A stretch of 64,000 nucleotides of DNA from Kofleriaceae bacterium (GTDB taxonomy: Bacteria; Myxococcota_A; Polyangia; Haliangiales; Haliangiaceae): contig DATBAS010000193.1 of NCBI GenBank assembly GCA_036271395.1, positions 117,097 to 181,096 of the forward strand. Direction: 5' to 3'. The position numbers and the translations under genes were made by a program. Below the pieces are notes generated by a model, which worked only from the letters and a program-made list of their open reading frames with translations, searched no databases and was not told where the DNA came from. Positions 19,013 to 30,381 of this stretch are shown here, one piece after another. Each line of letters begins with the position of its first letter. Positions within the stretch are counted from its first letter, which is position 1.

Positions 19013-20084
19013 GCCGGTCGTACAGCTCGCGCAGCTGCGCGCGCGGATCGCGGCGTTCGCGCGCGGCGGTCGCTACGATCTCGCGATCGGTTTGCTCGGC
19101 GAGCTCGCACGCGTCGATCTCGCGCTCGGCCTGGCCGCGGACGGCGTCCAGCGCGCGCGCCAGGCGGTCCAGCTCGCCGACGAGCGCGGCGAACCGAGCG
19201 CCGGCCCGTTGATCGTGCTCGCCGCGACGCTACTCGCCGCCGATTCTCCCGACGCTGCGATCGATGCTTGCGCGCTTGCGATCGAGCGGACGCGGTCAAC
19301 CGAACGACCGCGCGTCGAGCTGCTCGCCCGGCTCGTCGGCGGCGCGGCCCAGCGCCGCGCGAATCGACTCGCCGCCGCGCGCACCCTGCTCGACTCCGCG
19401 CGCGGCGCCGCGGCGCGAATCGGCGAGACGCGGCTCGCCGCGCTCGCGCTCGCCGAGCTGGCGTGGATCGACCTCGCCGAAGATCGACCGGATGCCGCGG
19501 CGACGTGCTTCGAGTTCGCGGCGCGGTTCTTCGCGCATGGCCACGGCGACGGCGACGCCGACGCCGAGCTCGACGCCGGCGCGCTAGCGACGGCGTGCTG
19601 GATCGTCGCCGGCGACGACACCGGCGTCGATGAATTCTGCAAGCGCGCGCGTGCAGCGAAGCGACCCGAGCTTGCCGCGTACGTCGACGGCGTCGTCGCC
19701 GAGCTCGCGCTGCGCCGCAATTCGCCGCAGATGCGCGACGCGATCGCACGCGCCGCCGCGAGCGCCGAAGCGGCCCGCGACGCCAACGCGCTCGCGCATG
19801 CGCTGTCCGCGCGCGCGAGGCTGCGCCAAGCGCGGACGTCGCTCGATCCGGCCGATCGCGCGCGGCACCTCGAAGCCGGCATCGAGCTCGCGCTCGCGCT
19901 CGATCGCCGCCGCGCCGGCGCGGAGCTCGGCACGCTGATGATCGCGCTGGTCGAAGACGCCGCGCGCACGCGAACGCCGCCGGCGCTCGATGCGATCGCG
20001 CGGCTGGCCGCGGCGATCGAGCACGTCGGCGACGCGAGCCTCGCGGATCTCGCCGGCGCCGTGCTCGCCGAGGTCGCGCGATAA
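18999..20084 (+). CDS. All-alpha (TPR-like) Ala/Leu/Arg-rich protein
   Basis: GTG at 18999 within track ORF 18951-20084. Helical repeat composition. TAA stop at 20082-20084, followed by a palindromic element. Confidence 0.55.
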   Translation: MSEATPVVQLAQLRARIAAFARGGRYDLAIGLLGELARVDLALGLAADGVQRARQAVQLADERGEPSAGPLIVLAATLLAADSPDAAIDACALAIERTRSTERPRVELLARLVGGAAQRRANRLAAARTLLDSARGAAARIGETRLAALALAELAWIDLAEDRPDAAATCFEFAARFFAHGHGDGDADAELDAGALATACWIVAGDDTGVDEFCKRARAAKRPELAAYVDGVVAELALRRNSPQMRDAIARAAASAEAARDANALAHALSARARLRQARTSLDPADRARHLEAGIELALALDRRRAGAELGTLMIALVEDAARTRTPPALDAIARLAAAIEHVGDASLADLAGAVLAEVAR

Positions 20085-20099
20085 CGCGTCGCCGCACGA

Positions 20100-20121
20100 A
20101 CCGACCAACCAGTTGGTCGGT
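20100..20121. repeat. Palindromic element copy A: ACCGACCAAC-CA-GTTGGTCGGT
   Basis: 10-bp perfect arms with a 2-nt spacer. Nested in an outer CGAACCG...CGGTTCG pair (20097-20130). Intergenic between 20084 and 20164. Confidence 0.8.
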
Positions 20122-20163
20122 CGCGGTTCGCGCCTGCGCGCGAGGTCGGAGTAGAATGAGACG

Positions 20164-22259
<2,096 letters not shown>

Positions 22260-22263
<4 letters not shown>

Positions 22264-24158
22264 CCAGCCGCGCCGATATTCGCCGCGCGTTAGCGCTCAA
22301 CCCCGACAAGCGCGCGATCGCCGCGCAGCTCGCCGAGCTCGCCGTCGCCGGGCCGCTATCGCCGGGCGAAGTCGGCGAAGCGCTCGTCGGCTACTTGTTC
22401 GATCCGCACGGCAATGCGTTGCTCGCGACTACGGACGCGCGCGCGACATGGCTCGCCGGGCCGTTGTTTCGCGCGGTCGGTCCAGGAAACTTCGCGCCGA
22501 TCGACGACGTCGTCGCGGCCGTGATCGCCGGGCCGCTGCTCGCAGCTGCGAACAGCGAGGCGCTGCTCGCCCGGCGGTTCGCGCCCCGCGCCGACGACGC
22601 CATCGCGTTCGCGATCGCCGCGTTGCCGGAGCCACGGCAAGCCGACGTGCTCGCGCTGCTCGCCTCGGATGGCGGCCCCGAGCCGCAGCTGCTCGCGCAA
22701 TCGACGCTGCAATGCGGAGCCGTGCTCGCGGCCGCGCCGCACCTGCTCGACGCGCCGATCGCGAGCAAGCTCGTCGCCGAGCTGATCGCGCTGCTCGCCC
22801 CGTCGCGGCCCAAGCCGCTGCTCGATCAAGCGGCACGGATCTGTGCCGCGATCGCGGCGCGCGATCACGTGCTCGCCGAGCGGATTCGCTCGGCCGCGTT
22901 CGCGGCGATCGACGCGAGTCATCGCCCGCCGCCGCGCACGTTCGCCGCCGAGATCGCCGCGATCGGGCGCGCCCGCCGCTTGCCCGACGAAGATCGCTTG
23001 CTCGCGTTGCCGCAAACCGAGGTGGCGCAAGCCGCCGCGTACATCTTGGGGGCGTGCGCGCCGCTCGAACGCGTGCCGTTCGCCGCGCATCGCGCGCTGG
23101 TCTTGGAACGGCCCGACGGTGCCGATCTCGCCGACGCGTTCACCGATGGACTCGTCGCCGCCGCGCACGTGCCGGCGCTCGCCGAGCTTGCCGCGAGCTT
23201 GCTCGACGCCGATGCCGATGCGCCGCTCACCGGGCTCGGCCTCGCGAACGCGTTGCCGCTCGATCCGATCGCCGAGCGGCTGATCGCGGAGCTCGAGAAC
23301 GAGCGGCCGTCGCATCGCGCGCTCGCGTGCGGCGCCGTCATGTTGCTCGATCATCCGGCAGTCGAGCCGGCACTCGCCGCGCGACTCGGCGATCCGTCGT
23401 CGGAGATCGCCGCGGCCGCCGCCCGCGCGCTGGTCGAACGCGGCCGTGGCGATCTGATCGCCGACCACGCGAGCCGTGAAGCGCATCCGCTGCGCGGCGC
23501 GATCGCGCGTGCCGCCACCGGCGAGCTCTCGGTCGCGGTGATCGGCGAGCTCGTGACCGGCGCGTCGCGCGAGCTCGGCGACGAGCCCGGCGACGTCACG
23601 CCGATCGTGCGCTTGCTCGGCGATTGCTTGTTCGGCTCGATCGATGGGCTCGACACGTGCGCGAGCTTGATCGGCGGCGTCCCCGACGCGATCGGCCTGG
23701 TCGCGCTGGCCGCGAGCGCCGATCTCGGAGACAACGCCGACATCGGGGTGATCGCGCCGCCCGACGCGCGCGCGCGCCTCGCGAGCATCGTGATGGATCA
23801 GCACGACGCCGAGCTCGTCGCGCTCGGTACGTTCGTGCTCGCGCGGGTCTCCGCCGGCGACGCAGGCGTCGCCGATCTGGCCGCCGATGGGCTCGCCGCG
23901 ACGGCCGGCCACGCCGACAGCTACCTCGCCGCACTCGCTGCGGTGCGAACCGCGACGCCGAAAACCGCCGCCGCGCTCGCCGCGATGATCGGCGGCGATC
24001 AGCCGATCGGCGCGCGTGTGCTCGCCGCCGCCGCGTGCGGTCGAGCGCTGCCGGTCGATCATCCTGCGTGGGCCGACGTCCGCGCCCTGCTCGAGCTCGG
24101 CACGATCGCCCGCGCAGCGGCGTGGACCGCGCTTCGCGACCGCGCCAGAAAGCTTTGA
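22260..24158 (+). CDS. HEAT-like helical repeat protein, translationally coupled to the AAA+ ATPase
   Basis: ATG at 22260 overlaps the ATPase TGA (ATGA). 632 aa, Ala/Leu-rich repeats with LGDPSSEIAAAAARALV-type HEAT units. Confidence 0.65.
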
Positions 24159-24224
24159 CGCGAACTCGCCACGGCGTCGCGACCGTCTTGACACAGTCGC
24201 CATCGGGCGCATAGTCGGCATGCA

Positions 24225-24911
24225 TTGCACGTCGATCTGGATTTCGAGCTCGTCTTACGAATTGTCGTCGGCACGATGCTCGGTGCGGTGATCGGCTACG
24301 AGCGCGACATCCACGGCCGGCCCGCGGGGTTGCGCACGCACGCGCTCGTCGCGCTCGCGTCGTCGACGTTCATGGTCGTGTCGACGCACATGGTCTACTT
24401 CCAGCACTACCAGCAGGGCGATCTCGTCGAGGTCGACAGCTCGCGCATCGCCGCGAGCGTGGTCTCGGGCATCGGCTTTCTCGCCGGCGGCGCGATCTTG
24501 CGCACCGGCATCGGCGTGCAAGGCCTCACCACCGCTGCGGGCTTGTGGCTCGTCGCCGCGATCGGCTTGTGCGCGGGCGGCGGCATGTTTGTCGAGAGCG
24601 TCGCGACGACGGCCGTCGGGATCGGCGTGCTGACGCTGCTGCGCCGCTTCGAGGACAAAGATGATCGCGTGCGGCGCCGGCTGCACCTGACGCTCACCGA
24701 CGGCGCGACCGCGACCGAGGCGTTGATCGAAGTGCTCGCCGCGCGCGACGTGCTCGCGACCGTCGAGGGCTGGGATCAAGAAGGCACTCGGCGCCAGCTC
24801 GTCCTCGCGCTGCGGCTACCGCGCACCGGCGGCGAGCGCCTGCTCATCGCAGCGCTCGAGACCGAGCCCGGCATCGCGCGCATGCAGCTCGATCCGCCGG
24901 GCTCGGTCTGA
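24225..24911 (+). CDS. MgtC/SapB family membrane protein
   Basis: VVGTMLGAVIGYERDIHGRPAGLRTHALVALASS is the MgtC family signature. Multiple TM helices plus a soluble C-terminal domain. TTG start. Confidence 0.8.
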   Translation: MHVDLDFELVLRIVVGTMLGAVIGYERDIHGRPAGLRTHALVALASSTFMVVSTHMVYFQHYQQGDLVEVDSSRIAASVVSGIGFLAGGAILRTGIGVQGLTTAAGLWLVAAIGLCAGGGMFVESVATTAVGIGVLTLLRRFEDKDDRVRRRLHLTLTDGATATEALIEVLAARDVLATVEGWDQEGTRRQLVLALRLPRTGGERLLIAALETEPGIARMQLDPPGSV

Positions 24912-24926
24912 CAGAAAGCTCTGGGG

Positions 24927-25892
24927 CTAGTCGTTCGAGTCGTCGTCTTCGTCGTCGGGCGGAGGCGTCACTGGCTTCGCGGCCGGCTTGCGATCCGGAT
25001 CGTGCTGGTACACCAAGTCGACGGTCACGCGAAGATCCGGCGCGCCGACCTGTTCGTTCAAGTGCGTGCCGACGCGCACCGCGATCGCATAGCTCGGGCG
25101 CACGCGGCCGATCAGGCCGACCTTCACTTCGGCCGGCGATGGGCCGTGCGATGCGGTCACGCGATCGCCGACCACGCCGTCGAATTCGAGCGACGCGCGC
25201 AGCTGCTCGGGCTTGCACCACCACGAGCACAGCGGCGGAATCCCGGCCGTCGCACCGATGCCCCAGACCAGCTCGTCGCCGACGAGCTCGTTCTCGACTT
25301 GAATCTCTTTGCTGCGCAGGTGAAAGCCCGCGGTGCCGGCGATCACGATCGCGTGCGGCAGCGCCAGCCGCGCGATGCCGAGCCAGGTCGCGCTCCAACC
25401 GGCGTCGCCGGCGAAGTCGTAATCGTCGCCGGTCGGGATCGTGACGTCGCCGCGTACGAACACGGATGCCGGAGCGACGTCCGCGATCCGGATGCGCACG
25501 CCGACGTTCAGGTCGCCGAGCGCGAACTTCTGCAGCCCTTTATTGTCGCCGAAACCCTGCAGGCGCGTGCCGATCTGATGATCGAACGGCAGCTTCGCGT
25601 CGACGATCACGCGATCGCCGAGCGACAGCGCGCCGCCGAGCGTCGCGGTCTCGCGATGACCGACCGGATATGCATTTGACTCGAGCGTGTGAAATTGAAT
25701 CGGGCGCGACAACAAGCCGAGCGTGAGTCCGAGTGCCCACGCGCCGATCGGAGCGCCGTCGTCGAACGCGAGCTCGGCCTGGCCGGGCGGCGTCATATCG
25801 CGATCGACCTCGATCGCTTCGGGTCGCACGACCGGCGTGTCGGCGTGCACCGAGCGAGCGGCGACGATCGCGATCGCCGCGACGAGCTTCAT
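24927..25892 (-). CDS. Putative outer-membrane beta-barrel protein (transporter-like), acidic C-terminal tail
   Basis: ATG at 25892 overlaps the upstream TGA (ATGA). Signal peptide MKLVAAIAIVAARSVHA. Alternating beta-strand patterns. The track ORF extends further upstream as a shadow. Confidence 0.6.
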   Translation of the reverse strand: MKLVAAIAIVAARSVHADTPVVRPEAIEVDRDMTPPGQAELAFDDGAPIGAWALGLTLGLLSRPIQFHTLESNAYPVGHRETATLGGALSLGDRVIVDAKLPFDHQIGTRLQGFGDNKGLQKFALGDLNVGVRIRIADVAPASVFVRGDVTIPTGDDYDFAGDAGWSATWLGIARLALPHAIVIAGTAGFHLRSKEIQVENELVGDELVWGIGATAGIPPLCSWWCKPEQLRASLEFDGVVGDRVTASHGPSPAEVKVGLIGRVRPSYAIAVRVGTHLNEQVGAPDLRVTVDLVYQHDPDRKPAAKPVTPPPDDEDDDSND

Positions 25893-26542
25893 CCCATGAT
25901 CCGCGAGCCGAGCTCGTAGACCCGCGCCGGCGGCATGTGGCGATAGCGCGTGACCTGGACGCGCAGCTGCGCGATCTGATCGATGACGTCGCGCCGGCTC
26001 ATCCCCTTCGCGAGCATCGCGCGCGTGCGATCGACGATCGCGGCACGCGCACTTTTCGGGTGGTAGATGAACGTACGGCCGAAGTGAACCTCGCCCGCGA
26101 TGCCGACCAGGCGTAGCTCGGCGACATCGCCGACCTCGACGCCATGCAGCGCGCGTTGCTCGGCGACCTCGAGCTCGGCGCCGCCGAGCAAGTCGCACAG
26201 CTCGATGCGGCCGGGCTGCATCGAGCGAATCTCGAACAGGCTGCGGTGCGACGCGATCAGCGCGCGGACGATCGCCGCACGCTCGGCCTCGCCGGCGAGG
26301 GCGAGCTCGCGATACGTCTGCACGGCCGGCGGCAAGTGCGTTTCACCGACCGCGCGCTCGACGACGAACCACTCGACGAACGCCGCGCTCCACGGCTCCC
26401 ACAGCTCGTCGTCTTGATGGACTTTGCCGCGCCGCGATTCGTAGTCGTGGCGCGCCGCGGCCGCGGCTTCGATGTCGGCGGTGTGACGCGCGTAGAGCTC
26501 TTCGGTCGCCGCGTCGAGCGCCGCCGCGGCGTTGATCACCAC
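25889..26542 (-). CDS. Hypothetical protein
   Basis: GC3-rich frame. First plausible start downstream of the carA stop is GTG at 26542 or 26539. The track ORF start (26839) lies inside carA. Confidence 0.5.
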   Translation of the reverse strand: MVINAAAALDAATEELYARHTADIEAAAAARHDYESRRGKVHQDDELWEPWSAAFVEWFVVERAVGETHLPPAVQTYRELALAGEAERAAIVRALIASHRSLFEIRSMQPGRIELCDLLGGAELEVAEQRALHGVEVGDVAELRLVGIAGEVHFGRTFIYHPKSARAAIVDRTRAMLAKGMSRRDVIDQIAQLRVQVTRYRHMPPARVYELGSRIMG

Positions 26543-26573
26543 GATCGGCCTCGCTTTCGGGTCCGGATCGGCC

Positions 26574-27707
26574 TCACAGGCGTCCTCGAATTTGCTCGCG
26601 GAAGCGCGCGAACAAGTAGCTTGCATCGTGCGGGCCCGGGCTCGCTTCGGGATGGTACTGGATGCCCATGATCGGCTTGCCGTCGACGGCGAGCCCTTCG
26701 CACGAGTGATCGAACAGGTTTTCGTGCGTGACGTGCACGCCCGACGGCAGCGACGCCGGATCGACGACGAAGCCGTGGTTCTGCGATGTGATCTCGACCT
26801 TGCCGGTCGTCTTGTCGAGCACCGGATGGTTGCCGCCATGATGGCCGAACGGCAGCTTGCGCGTGGCGCCGCCGAGCGCGAGGCCGAGAATTTGGTGACC
26901 GAGGCAGATGCCGAACACCGGCTTGCCGCTCGCGCACAATTCCTTCGCCGTGGCGACGCCGTAGCTCACCGCCGCCGGATCGCCCGGGCCGTTCGACAAG
27001 AAGATGCCGTCGGGCGCGAGCGCGAGCGCGGCAACCGCGGGCGTGGTCGCCGGCACGACGGTGACGCGCGCGCCGATATCGCGGAGCTGGCGCAAGATGT
27101 TCTGCTTGATCCCGAAGTCGTACGCGACGACGTGAAAGCTCACCGGCGGCGTGGCGTGCGCGCGGCCGTCGTCGAACGCGCGCCACGTCGGCTCGGTCCA
27201 GCCGTACGCTTCGCGGCAGGTCACGCCGGGCACGAGATCTTGACCGTCCATGATCGGCGCCGCGCGCACGCGGGCGAGCACGCCGTCGATCTCCGAGACG
27301 TGCGATGTAATGGCGCCGCGCATCGCGCCTTCATCGCGGAGCACGCGGGTGAGCGCGCGCGTGTCGATGCCGTCGATGCCGGGCACGCTCGAGGCATCTA
27401 GCCAGCCCGACAGCGTTTGCTCGGCCCGCCAGCTGGCCGGCAGCGGCGACAGCTCGCGAATCGCGAGGCCGGCGCACGCGACGCGGCGCGCTTCGACGTC
27501 GTCGTCGTTGGTGCCGACGTTGCCGATCTGCGTCGCCGTCATCACGACGATCTGCCCGGCGTACGATGGGTCGCTGACGATCTCCTGGTAGCCGGTGATC
27601 GACGTGTTGAACACGACCTCGCCGATCGACTCGCGCTTGGCGCCGAACCCTTCGCCGCGGAACACACGGCCGTTCTCGAGCACGAGCGCGGCGGGCCACT
27701 TGCTCAC
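26574..27707 (-). CDS. carA: Carbamoyl-phosphate synthase small (glutaminase) subunit
   Basis: [17 protein letters not shown]...[20 protein letters not shown] and GICLGHQ...HGGNHPV...[18 protein letters not shown]. The GTG start overlaps the pyrC TGA (GTGA at 27704-27707). Confidence 0.9.
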   Translation of the reverse strand: MSKWPAALVLENGRVFRGEGFGAKRESIGEVVFNTSITGYQEIVSDPSYAGQIVVMTATQIGNVGTNDDDVEARRVACAGLAIRELSPLPASWRAEQTLSGWLDASSVPGIDGIDTRALTRVLRDEGAMRGAITSHVSEIDGVLARVRAAPIMDGQDLVPGVTCREAYGWTEPTWRAFDDGRAHATPPVSFHVVAYDFGIKQNILRQLRDIGARVTVVPATTPAVAALALAPDGIFLSNGPGDPAAVSYGVATAKELCASGKPVFGICLGHQILGLALGGATRKLPFGHHGGNHPVLDKTTGKVEITSQNHGFVVDPASLPSGVHVTHENLFDHSCEGLAVDGKPIMGIQYHPEASPGPHDASYLFARFREQIRGRL

Positions 27708-28987
27708 GCAAATCTCCCGTCGAGGTCGTACGCGACCTTGCCATCGACGAACGTCAGCACCGCGCGGCCCGCGAGCTTCTGGTTCAAGAACGGCGAGTTC
27801 TTCGACTTGCTCGACAGCGCGTCGGGCGTGAGCGTCATCGGTCGCTCGGGATCGATCACCGTCACGTCGGCGACGACGCCGACCGCGAGCGAGCCACCCG
27901 ACAGGCCGAACGCGCGCGCCGGACCTCGGGTGAGCGCCGCGAGCACGCGTTTGTCGTCGATCGAGCCCATGCGCACGAAGTCGAGCACGATCGGCAGCGC
28001 GGTCTCGAGCCCGAGCATGCCGGGTGCCGCGCACTCGAACTCGACGTCCTTCTCGACCGGCGAGTGCGGCGCGTGGTCCGTGGCGATCGCGTCGATCGTG
28101 CCATCGGCCAACGCTTCGATCAGCGCTTCTTGATCGGCCGCGGTCCGCAGCGGCGGCATGACTTTCGTGCGCGTGTCGTAGTGCGAGCACGCCTCGTCGG
28201 TCAGCGCGAGATGGTGCGGCGTGACCTCGCACGTCACCGGCAAGCCGCGGCGCTTGGCATCGCGCACGAGCGCGACCGTGCGCGCCGTCGACACGTGCGC
28301 GACGTGGTAACGCGCGCCGGTCCACTCGACGATCTCGAGATCGCGCGCGACCATCGCGGATTCGGCGCACGCCGGCTGGCCGCGCACGCCGATCCGCGTC
28401 GCGACGGCGCCTTCGTTCATCGCGCCGCCCTCAGCGAGGTCGAGATCCTCGGCGTGCTGGACGAGCGGCAGATCGAACGTCTTGGCGTACTCGAACGCGC
28501 GGCGCATCAGCCCGGCGTTCATCACCGGGCGGCCGTCGTCGGAGATCGCGACGATGCCGGCATCTTTCATCTCGGCGATGTCGGCGAGCGCCTTGCCCTC
28601 GAGCCCGTGCGTGATCGCGCCGATCGGCCGCACGCGAACGCGGCCGACCTCGCGCGCGCGGCGCACGATCAATTCCGTCACCGCGCGCTGATCGTTGACG
28701 GGCTTGGTGTTCGGCATGCAGCAGATCGTCGTGAACCCGCCGGCCGCGGCGGCGCGCGTGCCGGTCTCGATGTCTTCCTTGTATTCCTGACCGGGCTCGC
28801 GCAGGTGCACGTGCAGATCGATCAGCCCGGGCACGACCCATAGATCGCGCACGTCGACGATCCGCGACGCGACCAGCCCGCGACCGATCTCGACCACGCG
28901 GCCGTGAGCGATGCGAACATCCGCCGCATGGTCGGTCCCGGCATCGAGGACGCGGCCACCGCGCAGCACGAGATCGCCAGGATCCAT
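27704..28987 (-). CDS. pyrC: Dihydroorotase (multifunctional-complex type)
   Basis: [50 protein letters not shown] at 28987 (alternative 29005). Confidence 0.9.
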   Translation of the reverse strand: MDPGDLVLRGGRVLDAGTDHAADVRIAHGRVVEIGRGLVASRIVDVRDLWVVPGLIDLHVHLREPGQEYKEDIETGTRAAAAGGFTTICCMPNTKPVNDQRAVTELIVRRAREVGRVRVRPIGAITHGLEGKALADIAEMKDAGIVAISDDGRPVMNAGLMRRAFEYAKTFDLPLVQHAEDLDLAEGGAMNEGAVATRIGVRGQPACAESAMVARDLEIVEWTGARYHVAHVSTARTVALVRDAKRRGLPVTCEVTPHHLALTDEACSHYDTRTKVMPPLRTAADQEALIEALADGTIDAIATDHAPHSPVEKDVEFECAAPGMLGLETALPIVLDFVRMGSIDDKRVLAALTRGPARAFGLSGGSLAVGVVADVTVIDPERPMTLTPDALSSKSKNSPFLNQKLAGRAVLTFVDGKVAYDLDGRFA

Positions 28988-29024
28988 CGCAGCGGGTCTT
29001 ACCATACGCGGGTATGCTCGCGAG

Positions 29025-29774
29025 GTGCCAACCGCGGGGATCGTCATCATCGGGGACGAGATCCTGAGCGGCAAGTTCGTCGAGGAAAACGGCGCATTTC
29101 TGATCGGCGAGTTGCGCGCGCTCGGCGTCGAGTTGCGCAGGATCACGATCGTCCCGGATGTCGATGCAGACATCGGTGAGACGGTGGTCGCCGCCGCCTC
29201 GCGCTACGATCACGTGTTCACATCGGGCGGCGTCGGCCCGACCCACGACGACATCACGATCGCATCGATCGCGCGCGCGTTCGGCGTCGGCATCGAGCGC
29301 CATCCAGAGCTCGAGGCCAAGGTCCGCGCGTACTGGAAGGATCAGCTCGCCGCGGCGAACCTGCGCCTCGCCGACGTTCCCGCGGGTAGCGTGCTCGTCT
29401 ACGGGCGCGACGACGTCTGGCCCGTCGTGAGCTTTCAGAACGTCTACATCTTGCCCGGCGTGCCGGCGCTGTTTCGCCGCAAGTTCGTCGACATTCGCGA
29501 TCGGTTTCGCGCCGAGCCGGTGACCGCAGCGCGGCTCTACGTCGACATCGACGAGGGCGAGCTCGCGCCGCACCTGGACGCGGTCGTCGCGGCGCAGCCG
29601 ACCGTCAAGCTCGGCAGCTATCCGCGATTCTCCGAGCGCGACTTTCGCGTGCTGGTGACGCTCGAGGGCCCGGTGTTCGGCGACGTCGCGGCCGCGTTCG
29701 ACGCGCTCGCCGCACGACTGGGCGCGCACGTCGTGAGACGCGAAGCTCCCGAGCGCGTAGGCTCGCGCGTATGA
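29025..29774 (+). CDS. Molybdopterin-binding (MoCF/CinA N-terminal-like) domain protein
   Basis: GIVIIGDEILSGKFVEENGAFL...DHVFTSGGVGPTHDDIT, typical of the MoaB/MogA/CinA family. GTG start at 29025. Confidence 0.7.
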   Translation: MPTAGIVIIGDEILSGKFVEENGAFLIGELRALGVELRRITIVPDVDADIGETVVAAASRYDHVFTSGGVGPTHDDITIASIARAFGVGIERHPELEAKVRAYWKDQLAAANLRLADVPAGSVLVYGRDDVWPVVSFQNVYILPGVPALFRRKFVDIRDRFRAEPVTAARLYVDIDEGELAPHLDAVVAAQPTVKLGSYPRFSERDFRVLVTLEGPVFGDVAAAFDALAARLGAHVVRREAPERVGSRV

Positions 29775-30136
29775 GCGAACTGCAGACTTCGTACAAAGGT
29801 TCGTGTCACTGCGGCGCGGTCACGTACACCGTGCAGAGCGCGCCGATCGCGAGCGCGCTCGCGTGCAATTGCTCGATGTGCCGTCGCGCGGGCACGCTGC
29901 TCGCGTTCGTGCCGCAAGAGGCGTTCACGCTCGAGACCGGCGCCGATTCGCTGTCGAGCTACAAGTTCAACAAGCACATCATCGATCACGTGTTCTGCAA
30001 AGCCTGCGGGATCAAGTCGTTCGCGCACGGCAAGAAGCGCGACGGCTCGGCGATGGTGGCGCTCAACGTGCGCTGTCTCGACGGCATCGATCTCGACAAG
30101 CTCGAGCTCAAGCACGTCGACGGCGCCAGCGCGTAA
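29771..30136 (+). CDS. GFA (glutathione-dependent formaldehyde-activating/CENP-V) family zinc protein
   Basis: GSCHCGAV...CNCSMC...HVFCKACG cysteine pattern. ATGA overlap with the upstream gene. Confidence 0.8.
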   Translation: MSELQTSYKGSCHCGAVTYTVQSAPIASALACNCSMCRRAGTLLAFVPQEAFTLETGADSLSSYKFNKHIIDHVFCKACGIKSFAHGKKRDGSAMVALNVRCLDGIDLDKLELKHVDGASA

Positions 30137-30156
30137 CCACGAACCAACGGCGGCGG

Positions 30157-30381
30157 ATGCTCGATTCGATCGAGAACGTTTACGAAGGCGGCTACCACTT
30201 CATCACGATGTCGGAGTCGTGGCGCGCGATGTGTCTCGGGATGCCGTGTTCGCCCCTGCGGTTCGCCGCGAGGCGTCGCCACCAGCCGACGTCGCCGCGC
30301 GACTTCGACATGGAGTGTTCCGTCGGGGCGCGCCGATGTTCGTGGCGCGCGCACGACGAATCGATCCGCGTTACCGACTGA
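30157..30381 (+). CDS. Possible small Cys-containing protein (74 aa), unannotated-type ORF
   Basis: ATG at 30157 in frame with track ORF 29803-30381. Third positions are predominantly G/C, as in real genes here. Overlaps the hisS 3' end by 11 nt. No homology recognised. Confidence 0.3.
   Translation: MLDSIENVYEGGYHFITMSESWRAMCLGMPCSPLRFAARRRHQPTSPRDFDMECSVGARRCSWRAHDESIRVTD

Noticed and set aside
20100-20121. Palindromic elements as Rho-independent terminators.
   Set aside because: None of the three copies has a downstream T-tract, and the 2-nt loop is unfavourable for an RNA hairpin.
24927-26198. Full-length track ORFs 24927-26198, 25889-26839, 26574-28370, 27704-29173, 33584-36100, 45832-47829, 46734-48902, 50191-51858, 51336-52289, 52133-53341 and 61795-62814 as single genes.
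   Set aside because: Each is a real gene plus an in-frame read-through into the upstream neighbour. Internal starts that coincide with stop/start overlaps (ATGA, GTGA, TGATG) and the onset of homology were used instead.
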